64,000 nucleotides of DNA. Origin: Callorhinchus milii (lineage: Eukaryota). How positions within the stretch are numbered: position 1 is the stretch's first letter; each line of letters begins with the position of its first letter. Where the stretch lies: positions 57,414,001 to 57,478,000 of the forward strand of contig NW_024704742.1 in NCBI RefSeq assembly GCF_018977255.1. Direction: 5' to 3'. Made by a program: the position numbers and the translations under genes. Below the pieces are notes generated by a model. That model was not told where the DNA came from and did no database searches. It worked only from the letters and a program-made list of their open reading frames with translations. This document shows positions 1 to 12,092 of this stretch, in pieces.

Positions 1-615
1 GCTGCCTGTGTCCTGGAATGGCTCCATCTAGTTTAGCAGGAGCAGATGCTTTGGTGCGACTTGGGACTTGAATCAAAATCCCCAGCCCTGGGAAAGTTGA
101 ATATCTGCAAAGGCCCAAATTTCAGATAACCACAAAATTCATTGAGGGAATAGTTAAAAATACATTCTTTACATAGAGGGAAGCTGGAATATGTCATTCT
201 TTGCCACAAACCATAGTTGTCACAGAGCCCATACATTATTTTAAAAGCAGATTAAGTAGATGTCTGAAGAGGTGGAATGCTAAAGGATATGGGTGGGATT
301 ATATTGGTTTACCTGAAGGAAAACACCAGTGCAGGTTAGATGGAGCAAACAACCTGTTTCTGTGCTGTAACTTTCTATGATTCTATAGCAGTGACCCCAA
401 TATACTCAAATGAGCGGTTCTGGCCATGAAGCAGTGAAGTGCAGCAGAAGACAGGATCCAAATACAATATTAAACAAAGAGTTCTTTTTCGTCTATATCT
501 AGTGGGAGCCATTTGAACAGTTAATAAAATCTCGGATTTAATTCTTTGTTAAGATTCTTTATAGTTTTCTTTATAGTTTGTTATCTTTACACGTAGGATC
601 AGATATATCTCAAGC

Positions 616-900
616 CCTGAATCCCTCCGCCTTGCCCTCTCCTTCACCACTTTCAAATCCAGCCTAAAGACCTTCCTTTTTGATCATGCTTACGGCCAAG
701 TCCCATTTCCCTCACCCCCTGGCTTGGCGGCAGACTCTACCACTGTCAAGCGCTCCGGGACACTACTCTGTGTAAAGGACGCTATATAAATTCAAGTTGT
801 GTTGTTACCTTGGTGGTACCCCAACCAAGTTGATGCGAAGTTTCACGTCCTCCTGACGTGAAAGATGCTATAAAAATGCAATTTGTTGTTGTTGTTGTTT
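616..900 (+). mobile_element. L2 LINE 3' end fragment plus a second tail fragment
   Basis: TCCCTCCGCCTTGCC...AAGACCTTCCTTTTTGA...GCTATATAAATTCAAGTTGTGTTGTT. A second GTGAAAGATGCTATAAAAATGC-(TTG)n tail follows at ~855-900. Confidence 0.8.
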
Positions 901-1779
901 AGGGTGCATGGGCAATGCACATACATAATTTTAGCTGATCCATAGGAGTTAATTTCTGTGAAAATGTAGGAACTAAAATCAAGCAAATTAATTCAGCTGT
1001 TGCTGATTTAACGAAGATTGATTTCTGCAATATAATTGGAGCCTACTTGGTAGAACATTTCCAATGATGTGGCTTAACTATTTCTCCCTTATGACGCACA
1101 TTTCTGTTTGCACACTGGCCATCTGTAGTTGATTTAAACATTTTGCAGTCGTGTGACAATCTGTGAATGAAGTGCAAGTAAGCCAGATACTTCTCAATGT
1201 AATTTAAATTTATTTTGCACCTATTAAGTTGGGAGGATGTCTCAAAGTACTTGTTACCCATCTCACTGAGAATTTAAATAATGTTATGTGATAATAAGAA
1301 GATAAAGCAGACAGTGAAAGGTAACTGCCCAACAATCAAAACAATGCACTATATACTGAAAGCTCCAGCATCATGAACATTACCAATGAAAGGGTGCATC
1401 AGGCTAAAAGATGGCTTAACAATATGCAGCTGACCACATATAAAATATAAACAAGTTGCTACAGAAACCGTGCAGAGCATTGTGTCAATGTTTATATTAA
1501 GGCATTGCTGGGCACAAAGAGAATGGACTATGGCCTTAAACTGTAACTAAATACTTTAAATATTCATGGTAGCATGAGTATCTAGTACAATAAACAACTG
1601 TAAATGTTTGCACACACTGCACACATAGTGTGTCATTTCCAAATACTCAATCAGTAAATTGTATGTGAAGGTGAACTTTAGACTTTAATTTCAGCAATGT
1701 CTGTACATACCTGGCTGTCCACCATATTTATACTGGTGTTTTGGGCAACATGCTGAAGAACAGACAACAAGACCAAGAT

Positions 1780-2450
1780 TTTTCTTCAGTCAGCCATGTG
1801 TCTGATGCACGTGGTAACCCATCACCATACCTAAGAGTCTCCAAACCAGATTGAGAGTTCCACATATGTATGCCAACTACAAAGAGGCAAATTTCTCTTA
1901 TCTGGAATGGAATGTGCACCCTACCTGAAGGTGCCCACCTTGCTTACCTAAGTCCAGAGTATTAGGTGCAGGTTGGTGAGATCCAACGTTTTGGGACCCC
2001 AGAGTGTACGATGGGGTACTGCTAAAGTTTAACCAGCTAAAACCACATAGCTTGCCAATAAGTACACTGTCTGATAAGTACTTGATAAGGGTTTGGCTTG
2101 CAGAGTTAACAGGAGCCAAGAGGGAAGAATCCCTGCCTCCAGTGGCCAGTCTTTCCCTTCAAGACTTGCTGACGAGACAGGCTGGCAGGTCTATCATCAG
2201 CCGTGCACTATTGACCTCTCTGGAACTGGACTACCGAGCCGCGACAGAAAGTTAATTCAGTTCCGATAGTCTGTTGTCAAACATGATGTCTTGGAGCCAT
2301 CTTAGCTTGAAGGAGACCTAATTTACCTCCCACCCAAGGAGAACAGTTACTAGTTGATCATTTGATATGTGACAAAGGTCTGAGGTCTGAGCCCTCATTA
2401 GGTGAAGAGCAAGTACCAGGAACTCTTTGAGAGCTTCCTGGTGAGCAGTG
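1780..2450 (-). repeat. Unclassified interspersed repeat, family X (long copy)
   Basis: Visibly homologous to copies at ~9150, 11040, 22717, 31800, 33260, 34065, 56515, 57560 and 60063. Strand assigned from the A-rich end. Confidence 0.75.
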
Positions 2451-2459
2451 CTGCATCTT

Positions 2460-3900
2460 AGGTTGAAATATATGAGTGTATTATCACCATAATCCTGCCA
2501 TTGAAAGATGATTCCACCAGTTGGATGTGCACTGTTTTTCGAGTATTAGAGAGGAGGCTGCGTAGATTCACTAGCATTATATCAGAGTGAAACGTGTTAC
2601 TTAAGAGAGACTGGAGAAACTGAGTTGTTTTTCTTTGAACAGAGAGGGTTGAGAGGAGATGTGATAAAATAAATAGGCCAAATTTAATGAATGAGTTGGC
2701 AGCTAGAAGGCATCGATTTAAGGTAATTAGCAAAACAACAAAGCAATGCAGAAAGACATAAATAGGCTTGTAGAACAGGTGACAGATGACATTTAATATA
2801 ATGAGATGTCAGTGATTCACTTTGGTAAAAAGAATAAAGCAGCTGACTTATCCTGGATAGTAGGACTTAAAGGGGTAGAGAAAAAAAAGGATTTAGGTAC
2901 TCAAGTTCACAGGACTCTAAACATAGCAGCACGAATGGAAAATGGCACAACAACAACAATAAATTTACATTTACACAGTGCCCTTTCACATTGGGAGGAT
3001 GTCCCAAGGAGCTGGACAATCCACGGTTTGGGAGCTGAGGGGGGTGGGAGTTGAGGGTGGTGGTGGAAAGATGACGGAAGGTGTGGTCAAAGAGGAAGGT
3101 CTTGAGATGGACCTTGATGAATGCGTGGGAAAGGGTAAGTCGTAAGGAGTTCAAGAAAGTGGGGACAAATAGGCTAAAAGTCCGACCCCAATAGTGTGGC
3201 AGGTAGGATGGGGCACAAGAAATAGGCCAATGCCCGCTGAGTGGAGGGAGTGGGTGGGTTGGTAAAGTTTGAGAAAATTGTTGAGGTTGGGTGGGGCAAG
3301 ACCATGGAGAGATTTAAAGGTGAAAACTTGATCCAAAGGCATATGGAGAGCCAGTGGACGATGGGAGAGATAGATTTGTGAAGCCTTGTGTAGAGTCTGG
3401 ATAGTCTGCCGCTTGTGAAGGGAAAAGTTGGATAGTCTGGCATTCAGAGTTGGCGCAGATAAGAATACAAATAGAGTATTCTTACATGAAGGATTTTATA
3501 GCATTGGAGAGAGTGCAATGTGGAATTCCAAAGAATTCCAAAGATGTTCCTAGGATTCAGTGGATAGAGCTATCAAGAAAGATTGTACAGGTTGGAGCTT
3601 TTCTCTTCATAGATGAGATGATTGAGAGGAGTAGGTGGCCGCTCATATAGAGTGGAGTATAAATACGGCTTGTTTCTGGTTCCTATCATCCTATGTAATT
3701 CCATATAACAAAGAGAAAAGTTAGACTTACTTTTACACAATGGGTTGTTAGGAAGTGGAATACTCTGTGTGGAACCATGGTTGAAGCAGAATGCGCATTA
3801 GCTTTAAAGTGGAATTAGATACACGTCTCAAAACAAAATATAGTAATGAGGAAAAGGCATGAGAGCTCCTTCAAAAAGGCATGTTGGGCGGATTGGCTGC
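2460..3900 (+). mobile_element. Decayed CR1 LINE fragments interrupted by an L2 3' fragment
   Basis: CR1-like peptides VIHFGKKN..., KKDLGTQVHRTL and KDFIALERVQ, plus CR1-type 3' sequence. Confidence 0.65.
2947..3360 (-). mobile_element. L2 LINE 3' fragment
   Basis: Minus-strand peptides FTFKSLHGLAPP and HLKTFLFDHTF. The tail reads (AAC)n on + at 2947. Confidence 0.8.
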
Positions 3901-4574
3901 CTTCTTTATTGCACATTTTTAATGGTTCTATCTAATTCCTGCTGTTTATGATACAGCAATAAATAAAGAAACCTTTGATGAGTGTACTGGTAGCATCTGC
4001 TTGGCTGTGAAATTTCAATCATATGTTGCAGAAATAAATCTATTTTTTCAAAGTAATAACTTAATGACTGTGTCCTTGAGAATGAAGCTCTCATGAATAT
4101 GCCCATTATTGTCCTTGAGCAAGAAGTAATTGGTGGATAATAAAGATATATCAATGTCTCGTAATAATCCAACCTTTGATACCCAGTTTTGTAACTTCAA
4201 CAACATAAAGTACAGTTTAATAATTAAATGTATATGTTCACCACAAATATTTACTTTCTGTCAATTATGTACCACACAGCAAAATGTTCTTAATATGCAT
4301 GTTTGAAAAACATCATAATTTTGTGCCTTTTGCAACATACTCACATGACAAGACATTTTGCTTACTGCTACAAGTTACTTTTTTAGTAGTCTGGCATTAA
4401 TGAATTTCAGTACATTACGAATAACATCATGAATATTGACTGCTTAAAAAATGAAGAAAAAAAGGTCTTGTTTTGAATATTTTTGTGAGCAGAAATATTA
4501 ATTTCGCTAAATTTACTTTGTTCAAGGACAAAAATGCTTTGAACAGTTACAAGAATGATCAATAACAATATCAA

Positions 4575-4875
4575 TAATCGGTAACCAGAGGATGTACATT
4601 CAAGATAATCTGCAAAAAAATCAGAGGGGAGACGAGGAGAATTTGTTTTACACAGAGATTTGTTAGAGTCTGGAATGCACTGCCTGAAACAGTGGTGAAT
4701 TCAGATTTAATAGCAACTTTCAAAAGGGAATTAGAATATTTACTTGAAAAGGAAAAATTTGCAAGGATATGGTGAACGGGAGGTGGAGTGTCACTGATTG
4801 GGTAGCTCTTCCAAAGAGCCGGCATAGGCACAATGGGCCAAATGGCCTCCTTCTATGCTGTAATATTCCCATGAT
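4575..4875 (+). mobile_element. CR1 LINE 3' end
   Basis: Encodes TQRFVRVWNALPETVV...TFKRELEY-like sequence, followed by GGGCCAAATGGCCTCCTTCTATGCTGTAA 3' UTR. Confidence 0.8.
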
Positions 4876-5334
4876 TTTATTATTCTTAAAGGAGTGTGTC
4901 AAATGTTTTTTTTCCCCAATATAGTAACTTGCTTGAAAATGGAATGCTTTGTCAGAAGTAATGTTTGATTACATGGGTATTCCATCGGAAAGGAACAACA
5001 AATTGTGTGTCATAAGTACCAATATTGGTTAAGATCAATAGATCAAATGATCTGCTTTGGAGCTGTAGGTTTCATGAATTCAGTAATTCTGTGTTTGATG
5101 TTCCCTTTTCCCCTTGTTGAATTGTGTATTTATTTAGGTTAGAGTTGTGCAAATTATCCTGAACTGCAGAGAATTGTCCAAAAAGTCAAACCCTCATTCC
5201 ATAGTCCATTCCATAGTCCATTCCACTCTTTACCTTCATCAAAAGAAATGAGTTCACAAGAGGTTCAGATGAAGCCGGCACTATGACGTAATTGATCTCA
5301 TCCTCCAGAACACCAACCCTACTATCTTCCCATT

Positions 5335-5700
5335 ACAACAACAACATCTTGGATTTACATTGCATCCTTCACATGGGTAGCTTCTTGAAGTGCTTTACAG
5401 TGCAATGCTTGTCGCTGAGCCGGTGGGAGTGAGGAGATGACCATAAGCACGGTCGAAGAGGAGGGTCTTCAGGCGTGATCTGAAAAAGAGGAAGAAGGGG
5501 GCCAGGCAGAGGGATTGAGGGAGAGAGTTTGAAAGTTTCGGGGCAAAAGTGCCGATAGTGCAGCGGAGGAGATGAGGCACAAGCAGGAGGTTGAAGCCAG
5601 CCAAGCGGAGGTGGTGGAATAAGCAGGTCAGAGAGATAGGGAGATACCAGGACATGAAAGGGTTTGCAGGCGAGTGTGATTGCAACTTGAACCTGTTTCT
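5335..5700 (-). mobile_element. L2 LINE 3' fragment
   Basis: Minus-strand peptide NSLPQSL...FRSRLKTLLFDRAY. (AAC)n tail. Confidence 0.8.
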
Positions 5701-6784
5701 TTAGTGAGCCCGGTGTGCTTTGCAACTAAGAAGGGTTCCTCTTCCTCTCAGGTATCAGTGATAGCATTCTTGTCTCTAAGTCAGAAAGTTTGTGGGTTCA
5801 AGCCTCATGTTGTGACTTTAAATCAGAAATTAGGCTGCCATCCTCCATTGCAATAGGTCAGTCCAGATGCATTTGGAAACTACATATTCTGGTAATAAAA
5901 AGCTAAGGCTATAGGTTCATGGATTGATTCAGTCCCCTCTCTCTTGTTACTGTTTTGACTCTGATGTGTGCCTTTCCAATTTTACACAGATAACCTGTCA
6001 AACCTGTCCTTGGGATTTTACATTGGCCTGGGGGGAGAGGGAAGAGAGTTTATTCCTAATTTGATCTTTGATCAGCCAAGTCAGCAAACTATCCCTCCCT
6101 ATATAGAAAAAAAACTTTACTGATTCATCCTCTAAGTTTAATGAAAGACTTTAGGCATACCTTTGTCTATTTTTGCCAATCCATTTAAGTCCACTTCACA
6201 AACTCAATCTGAAGACTGAAGGTGGGGAGAAAATGCAGGAGAAGTTCAAGTGGAAACTTTAAAACTAATGTGTTTGGTATTTTATTCTTCTGTAAGTGAT
6301 ATAAATCATGGTGAATTACCTACTATTTGGGCACCGTGTTAGCAGCAAACACACCCAGGTCTATTGTAACATAAGAAATGCATGATAAAGCTCCCTTTAT
6401 TCTTCCATATCAATTGGCCTTGTCAGACAAACACTCCCTACTGCACTTCAGATAAAAGCATAAGAACAGAAGTAGGCCATTTAGCCTGTCAAAATGTCCC
6501 ACCATTTTATTAGATCATGACAAGTATTTGTAATCTCATTTCCAGCTTTTTCTCCAGACCCATTAATAGCTTTATTTCCCAGTGACAATATTTTCATTTT
6601 CTGCGCCAGTCATTCCCACACATTCTTTAAGTGAGCTTGTTGGTGAAATATGATAGTTTTGAGTTGTGCAACTGAGACAGACTTAATTCATTTCATATAG
6701 ATCTCATACAGAGACAGAAAGAGATTTGTGCATCTTTTCATTGTAGCCTACTTCTAGTTTCTAGAGGTGTCAAGATATTATTTT

Positions 6785-7290
6785 AAATTGAACTACTTAT
6801 TACATAGAATTACACAAGCTGTACAGCACAGACACAGGCTATTTAGGCTGACTCATCTGTGTGGTATTTATACTTTATGGAAGCCTTCACCCCTCCTAAT
6901 TTTGTCTCCCCATATGCTCCCCTCCCGCTCCCCCCCTCCACCCCACAATCTATTCCCTGCTATCTCATATATCATTGAGATTAGTCTGATGTGCATTTAA
7001 ACGTTTTGCTTTGCCACAGCTTCCAACAGTGAGTTCCGTATTCTCTCGATATACTTACCCTCTGTGGAAAGAGGTTCCTCCTAATTTTGGGGGGATATGC
7101 TGGCTATCTTACATTTAAAGCCTCTTGTTTTGGACTGAACAACAAGTTGAAACAGCCTATTTATGGCCACCCTACTGAACTCTTTCATAATTTTAAGTTC
7201 CTATATCAAGTCCCTTCTCAATCAAAAAAAGTCAGAACGTATCCAATCTTTCTTGTTATTTTATCCACTCATCTCTAGTAACATCAATGC
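6785..7290 (-). mobile_element. Old CR1 LINE 3' fragment
   Basis: CATAGAATTACAC...CAGCACAGACACAGGCTATTT tail and CR1-like internal sequence (CAGTGAGTTCCGTATTCTC...CCCTCTGTGGAAAGAGGTTCCTCCT). Confidence 0.6.
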
Positions 7291-7393
7291 TCGTGTATAT
7301 TACAGGTAGTTATTTTCTCTCTCTTTTAGGTTTGTTCTTCATTGACATCTTAATCCCAGACATCTGATAGTGCCTTTCTTTAAATGGTTGCTT

Positions 7394-7711
7394 TAATAAT
7401 AATAATAATCCTTGCATTTGATATAGTGCTTCTCACGTCTTCTAGATGCCTCAAAGCGCTTCACAGAATATACTGTAAAGTGAATTGACTGTATATTTGT
7501 GGGTGAAACGTGGCAGCCAGTTGTGCACAGCAGTGTCCCACAAACAGTCGTGGATTGAAAATGACCAATTTATTATTGTTTTCTTTTTTGGAGGGATTAT
7601 TATTAGGCGTGTGGAGTAAGGAAACTTGCCCAAGGTTTTGCTTTGTCTGGAATTGAACTCAGGTCTCTCGTTTGCAAGGCAAGTGCTCTAACCACTGAGC
7701 TACAGGACTCC
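7394..7711 (-). mobile_element. tRNA-derived SINE with L2-type 3' tail (family S1), both ends present
   Basis: Minus strand begins GGAGTCCTGTAGCTCAGTGGTTAGAGCAC (A box), contains GAGTTCAATTCC (B box), and ends ...CTATATCAAATGCAAGGA(TTA)n. Confidence 0.9.
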
Positions 7712-8507
7712 ACAGCTTTGAGCTGTGTGAGAACAGCAGTGGGTTGGTCGGCTCACACTCTGATCTTCTCTCCCTCCAAATGTCTTAGCTCTCTATCCAG
7801 CAAATTTCTCTGAAGCATTATTTGAAATAAAATCTAATGCAATTAGAACAGATTTGGAACAGAACCAAGAATGCAATTGTAGCATTTATCAGTCTTGTAA
7901 TTTTAATGGAGATCAAGTTCAATGTGGAGGGATCGAACGGACTCACAAATTGTAGCCCTGCAGTTTATGCAACTTTGTTGCTTTGTACTTTAATAACTTG
8001 GAAGAAAAGCCAACTTCTTAAGAAAAGCCAACTTTTTATCTGTACTGTTGGGTTTTTTAGTCCTTTATTGCAGGGTTTTATAAAGGACTAAAGCCCACAG
8101 TACAGATAAAAAGTTGTTTTTTTTATGAGATGAGGCATCATATTGTTTCGTCCAAAAATACACAGTCAATCTACTTTACAGTATATCCTGTGAAGCGCTT
8201 TGAGGTGTTATGTCAAATACAATGGTTATTATTACTATACTCCCTTACGAACAATATCAATTGCTACTTCAGTAAAAATCTGAAACTAGTGGAACAAAGC
8301 TAAGCTGTAAAATTAGTTGGAACGATTACTAATCTTTTTTTAAAAATTGTACTTAAATATAATTTACTACAACTAGAAAAGTCTAAGATTCCTCCCATTA
8401 AGATCTACATGTCATAAATTATGCAGAATTTATTATATGACTGAATATACTTGTGAGAATGTAGATTGCACTACCCAGGAGGCTGTAGAATTGGTGGGAT
8501 GTTTATT

Positions 8508-8790
8508 ATTAATAATAATAATCCTTGCATTTGGTCACATAAGGAGGACCTCCCAAAGCACTTCACAGGATATACCCCAAGTAGAGTAACTGTGTTTTTC
8601 TGGGTGAACCCAGCAGTCAATTTTGTGCACAGTAATGACCCACAAACAGACATGCAGTGATGATCAATTTTATTTGGGAGATTGTTGGTCAGGACACCGG
8701 GTGTAACTCCCTTTTCTTTTTGAGCAGTGCCATGGGATCTTAAACATCCACATGAAGAGGCAAACGGGGCCTCAATTTAATGTCTCGTGA
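8508..8790 (-). mobile_element. Deu-domain SINE fragment (SacSINE1/LmeSINE1-like)
   Basis: Reverse complement of the Deu core GAGACATTAAATTGAGGCCCCGTTTG...AAGATCCCATGGCACTG, with a (TTA)n tail. Confidence 0.7.
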
Positions 8791-9147
8791 GGACGATAGG
8801 GAAAAAGGTAGATACATCGAAGTAAGAGTATTCAAAGGGAGATATGTGGATTCGTGGAAATAAGAGCATTTAGAGATATGGAATAAAAAAAGTGGTAAAA
8901 TTGGATTAAAAGATCTGTCATGATTAATAAAACCATAATATAACCATACTATAATCCATAATATAATCCATCATATCCTAACCCATGCTATAACAATGCA
9001 CCATATAGTAAGTTTTGCTGTGCCTCTATGCAGTTGGCCAGTTTGTTATTCGATTGTCGCACTAACATTAAATAGTTGACTTCCGGATCATCATGTCATT
9101 GCCAACATCATTTTGTGTTTCCTGTGTAAACATGGGAAAACTTTCAT

Positions 9148-9250
9148 TTGTAGGTGGCATACATACGTGGAACACTTAGTTTAATTTGGATACTGTTAAG
9201 CATAGTGATGGGTTTCTGCATATGTCAAACTCCCACCCGAACCAAAAAAT
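9148..9250 (+). repeat. Family X short end fragment
   Basis: TGTAGGTGGCATACATACGTGGAAC...TTGGATACTGTTAAGCATAGTGATGGGTTTCTGCA...ACCAAAAAA. Confidence 0.7.
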
Positions 9251-10820
9251 ATTTTTTGTATAGAATTCAGTACTCTATATCATTCAAAGTTTTACTGAGA
9301 ATTTGCAAACATCTCACATCCAAAGGAACAGCCATTATAGCATCTAATGGAGCAAATATTTTTAAAATGAGAGAAAGTAAACGGAAATAGAGCAAACAAC
9401 TGGTACTGTAGTATTTAAGCTAAGAACAACATCAGTGATCGCCAATTCATTGAATTGGCAAAAGAAAAGTACAATTGCAGAAAGAACTAAACTGCTGCTC
9501 AGTGGACAACTGGCTTCCTGACAGAACAGAGAAATATTAACTTCATGTGTGTCTTACTGTCTTAGCTTGTCTGATAAATGAACAAGCCAACAAATTGGTG
9601 ATTGTTTTAAATGTGTCTCAGAGAAACAGATTCCAGGTTCATACTTGGCTTCCCTCGTTCCACACCGTGTGGGGCACATGAACTTCAAAGCAATGTTGCC
9701 AGCATTTGAGTTGTAATCTGGATGTACAGTATTTGTCTTTCTTTTCATGTACCTGTAGATGGTTTGTGGTAGTTCACCCTAGAAGACACTTTAAGATGAG
9801 ACAAATTATAACAACAAGATTACATTTATATAGCAACTTTCATGTCGGGAGGATGTCCCAAGGCGCTGGACAGAGTACAGCATTTCAGATGACATTTACA
9901 AGCAACAGATGCACATATTAAATCTGTATTTAGTTAGGACAAGTATAGCAAAGTATGTTTAACTTTTTGACCCTTGTCTTGAAGGCTGTATTTGAGCTAT
10001 AGGAGGATTCTAATGTTAGTAACTATTCATTGGTACGATGTATTACGAAAAGCAGAACTGCTATTGATTTCTTTATGAGTAGTCTTTTCAGAAAGTGTAT
10101 TTGCAAAGTTAAAAAGAAAACATGAGGCTGCTTTCACGAGCTTGAATTAGAGGAGTGACAACCCTGTTCACCTCTAGGATATCCCTGCTAGGGACTTACA
10201 GTATTGCCTCTTCGTAATTACACTGTTGTTCCTTATCTGTTCATAAAGCCAGGTTGTACAACACTCTTTGGAGTAAGGGGAGTAATACAATATGCAAGCA
10301 TTTCTTTCTATTTTATAACTCTTTAAATTTATGCTCCAAAACTATATTTTTGTGCACTTAGCTAGTGCTCCTTAGTCTTTCTATCTATTCTGAGTTAGTG
10401 TCATGGCTCATTGTTTTGGTCAGAAGACTTAATCTTCCAGACCTAACCAGTCAAACGGAGGTTAAATGGTTATCTTCCTGGAACATAGCCTGGTGCACAA
10501 AAATGTTACAGTTAAAAGTGTAGAAATTTGGCAGCAAGCAATATTAATAGCTTGATGGAGAAAGATATTGTATGAGGAGGAAAATAGCTCAATTTGAGGT
10601 TGGGGGGATAATTCAGTTTGCAGTTCTGAGAATTTCTATATGGAGATTTCCACGTGGAGGGGTAGATTTGCATGACCTAAAGGCTCAATCAATTAATGGC
10701 ATTTCCATATTAAATGTTTTCTTATGTGTGGTTAAGGGCATCCTGTTTTAAGTGTTCTATTGGGTTGCTATTTCTTCACAAGATTGCAATAGAGGTTTAG
10801 ATGAGCCCATTTAGTCCATT

Positions 10821-11008
10821 TAATAATAATAATCCTTGCATTTGATATAGTGCTTTTCACGTCTTCTAGACGTCCCAAAGCGCTTCACAGAATATACTAT
10901 AAAGTGAATTGACTATATTTTGTGGGCGAAACGCAGCAGGCATTTACACAGAACAGTGTCCCGCAGACAGTTGTGGATTGAAGTGACCAATTTATTATTA
11001 TTATTTTT
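10821..11008 (-). mobile_element. S1 SINE 3' half
   Basis: AATAATCCTTGCATTTGATATAGTGCTTTTCACGTCTTCTAGACG...GGATTGAAGTGACCAA. Confidence 0.85.
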
Positions 11009-11039
11009 TGAGTTTCAGTGTCTTAGTTTGTTGGAACAC

Positions 11040-11520
11040 TCACAATGTTCATTAACTCAGAAGTTATTGTTCCACGTTCATCTGCCTGGCTCATTGGCAG
11101 GTCTTGGAATTAGACTAGTCATTGGAAGCAGACATTCTTCTGACTCAGTTCTCAATAATTCTGCAAGCCAAAGCCATAACGATAGTTCTGTGGTAGTCTG
11201 GCTGGACAAACAGTGGGAAAGCTTGCCAGACAATGCTTTCAACGGCAAGCTGTTCGGTTTTAGCTGGTTAGACTCCAGCAGAATCCCAATGCACACTCTG
11301 AGTTCCCAAATTTTTGCTCTTGCCAACTTGCAACTAATCCTCTATGGAATTAGGTAAGCAGGATGTGCCCCTCCAGGGAAAGTGAGAATTTGATTCCAAT
11401 AAATATCTCTGGATTTTCCATGTGTAGGTGAGATGCATCGAATTCTCAGTTTGGTTTGGATACTCTTAAGCATGGTGATGGGTTTCTGCATGTGTTAAAT
11501 ACCTGGCTGACAAAAAAAAT
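11040..11520 (+). repeat. Family X copy
   Basis: GGTTTTAGCTGGTTAGACTCCAGCAG...TTGGATACTCTTAAGCATGGTGATGGGTTTCTGCATGTG...CCTGGCTGACAAAAAAAA. Confidence 0.75.
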
Positions 11521-12092
11521 ATTACTGTGTACCCAGTTTGACATCAATTAGTGTGTAGTTTATGCCTGGGAATGAGAACTGACAATTGAGTTCATCAAGC
11601 ATATTCTCTGCATGGTTATTCAATTTGTTTCAGTTACAAAATACATTAGATTTTACATTAAATTCTATGAAGTGCTTTGAGATGGTCAATGTGAAAGGTG
11701 CTATATTAAATGCAATTTTTTAAATTATTATCCTATGAGATGTTTTCCAATCCACTTAAGATGGATTTAAGCTGTGAACTGACCTGTGATGGTAAAGAGG
11801 CAACCTGTTTTTAGGCCTTATCGGTTATGGACATTCTGTTAGAGGCTCCCAGGCACCGAATTGCCTCTGTGAGGATAAACCAACAAACCACACAGAACTG
11901 GCTAGCTCAAGAATGACACCTGGTTATGTAGATAATAAAAATAATCATAAAGCTTGCATTTGATAAAGTACCTTATTCACATCTTCAAGACATCTCAAAA
12001 CGTTTCACAGAAATGCTGTAAAGTGAATTGACTGTATATTTTCTGGGTGAAATATGGCAGCCAATTGCACACAGCAGTGTCCCACAAATGGT

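Noticed and set aside
5196..5226. Short tandem duplication (CATTCCATAGTC x2.5); a similar 18-bp duplication lies near 8002-8037
   Set aside because: Ordinary slippage duplications. No spacer structure, so not CRISPR-like.
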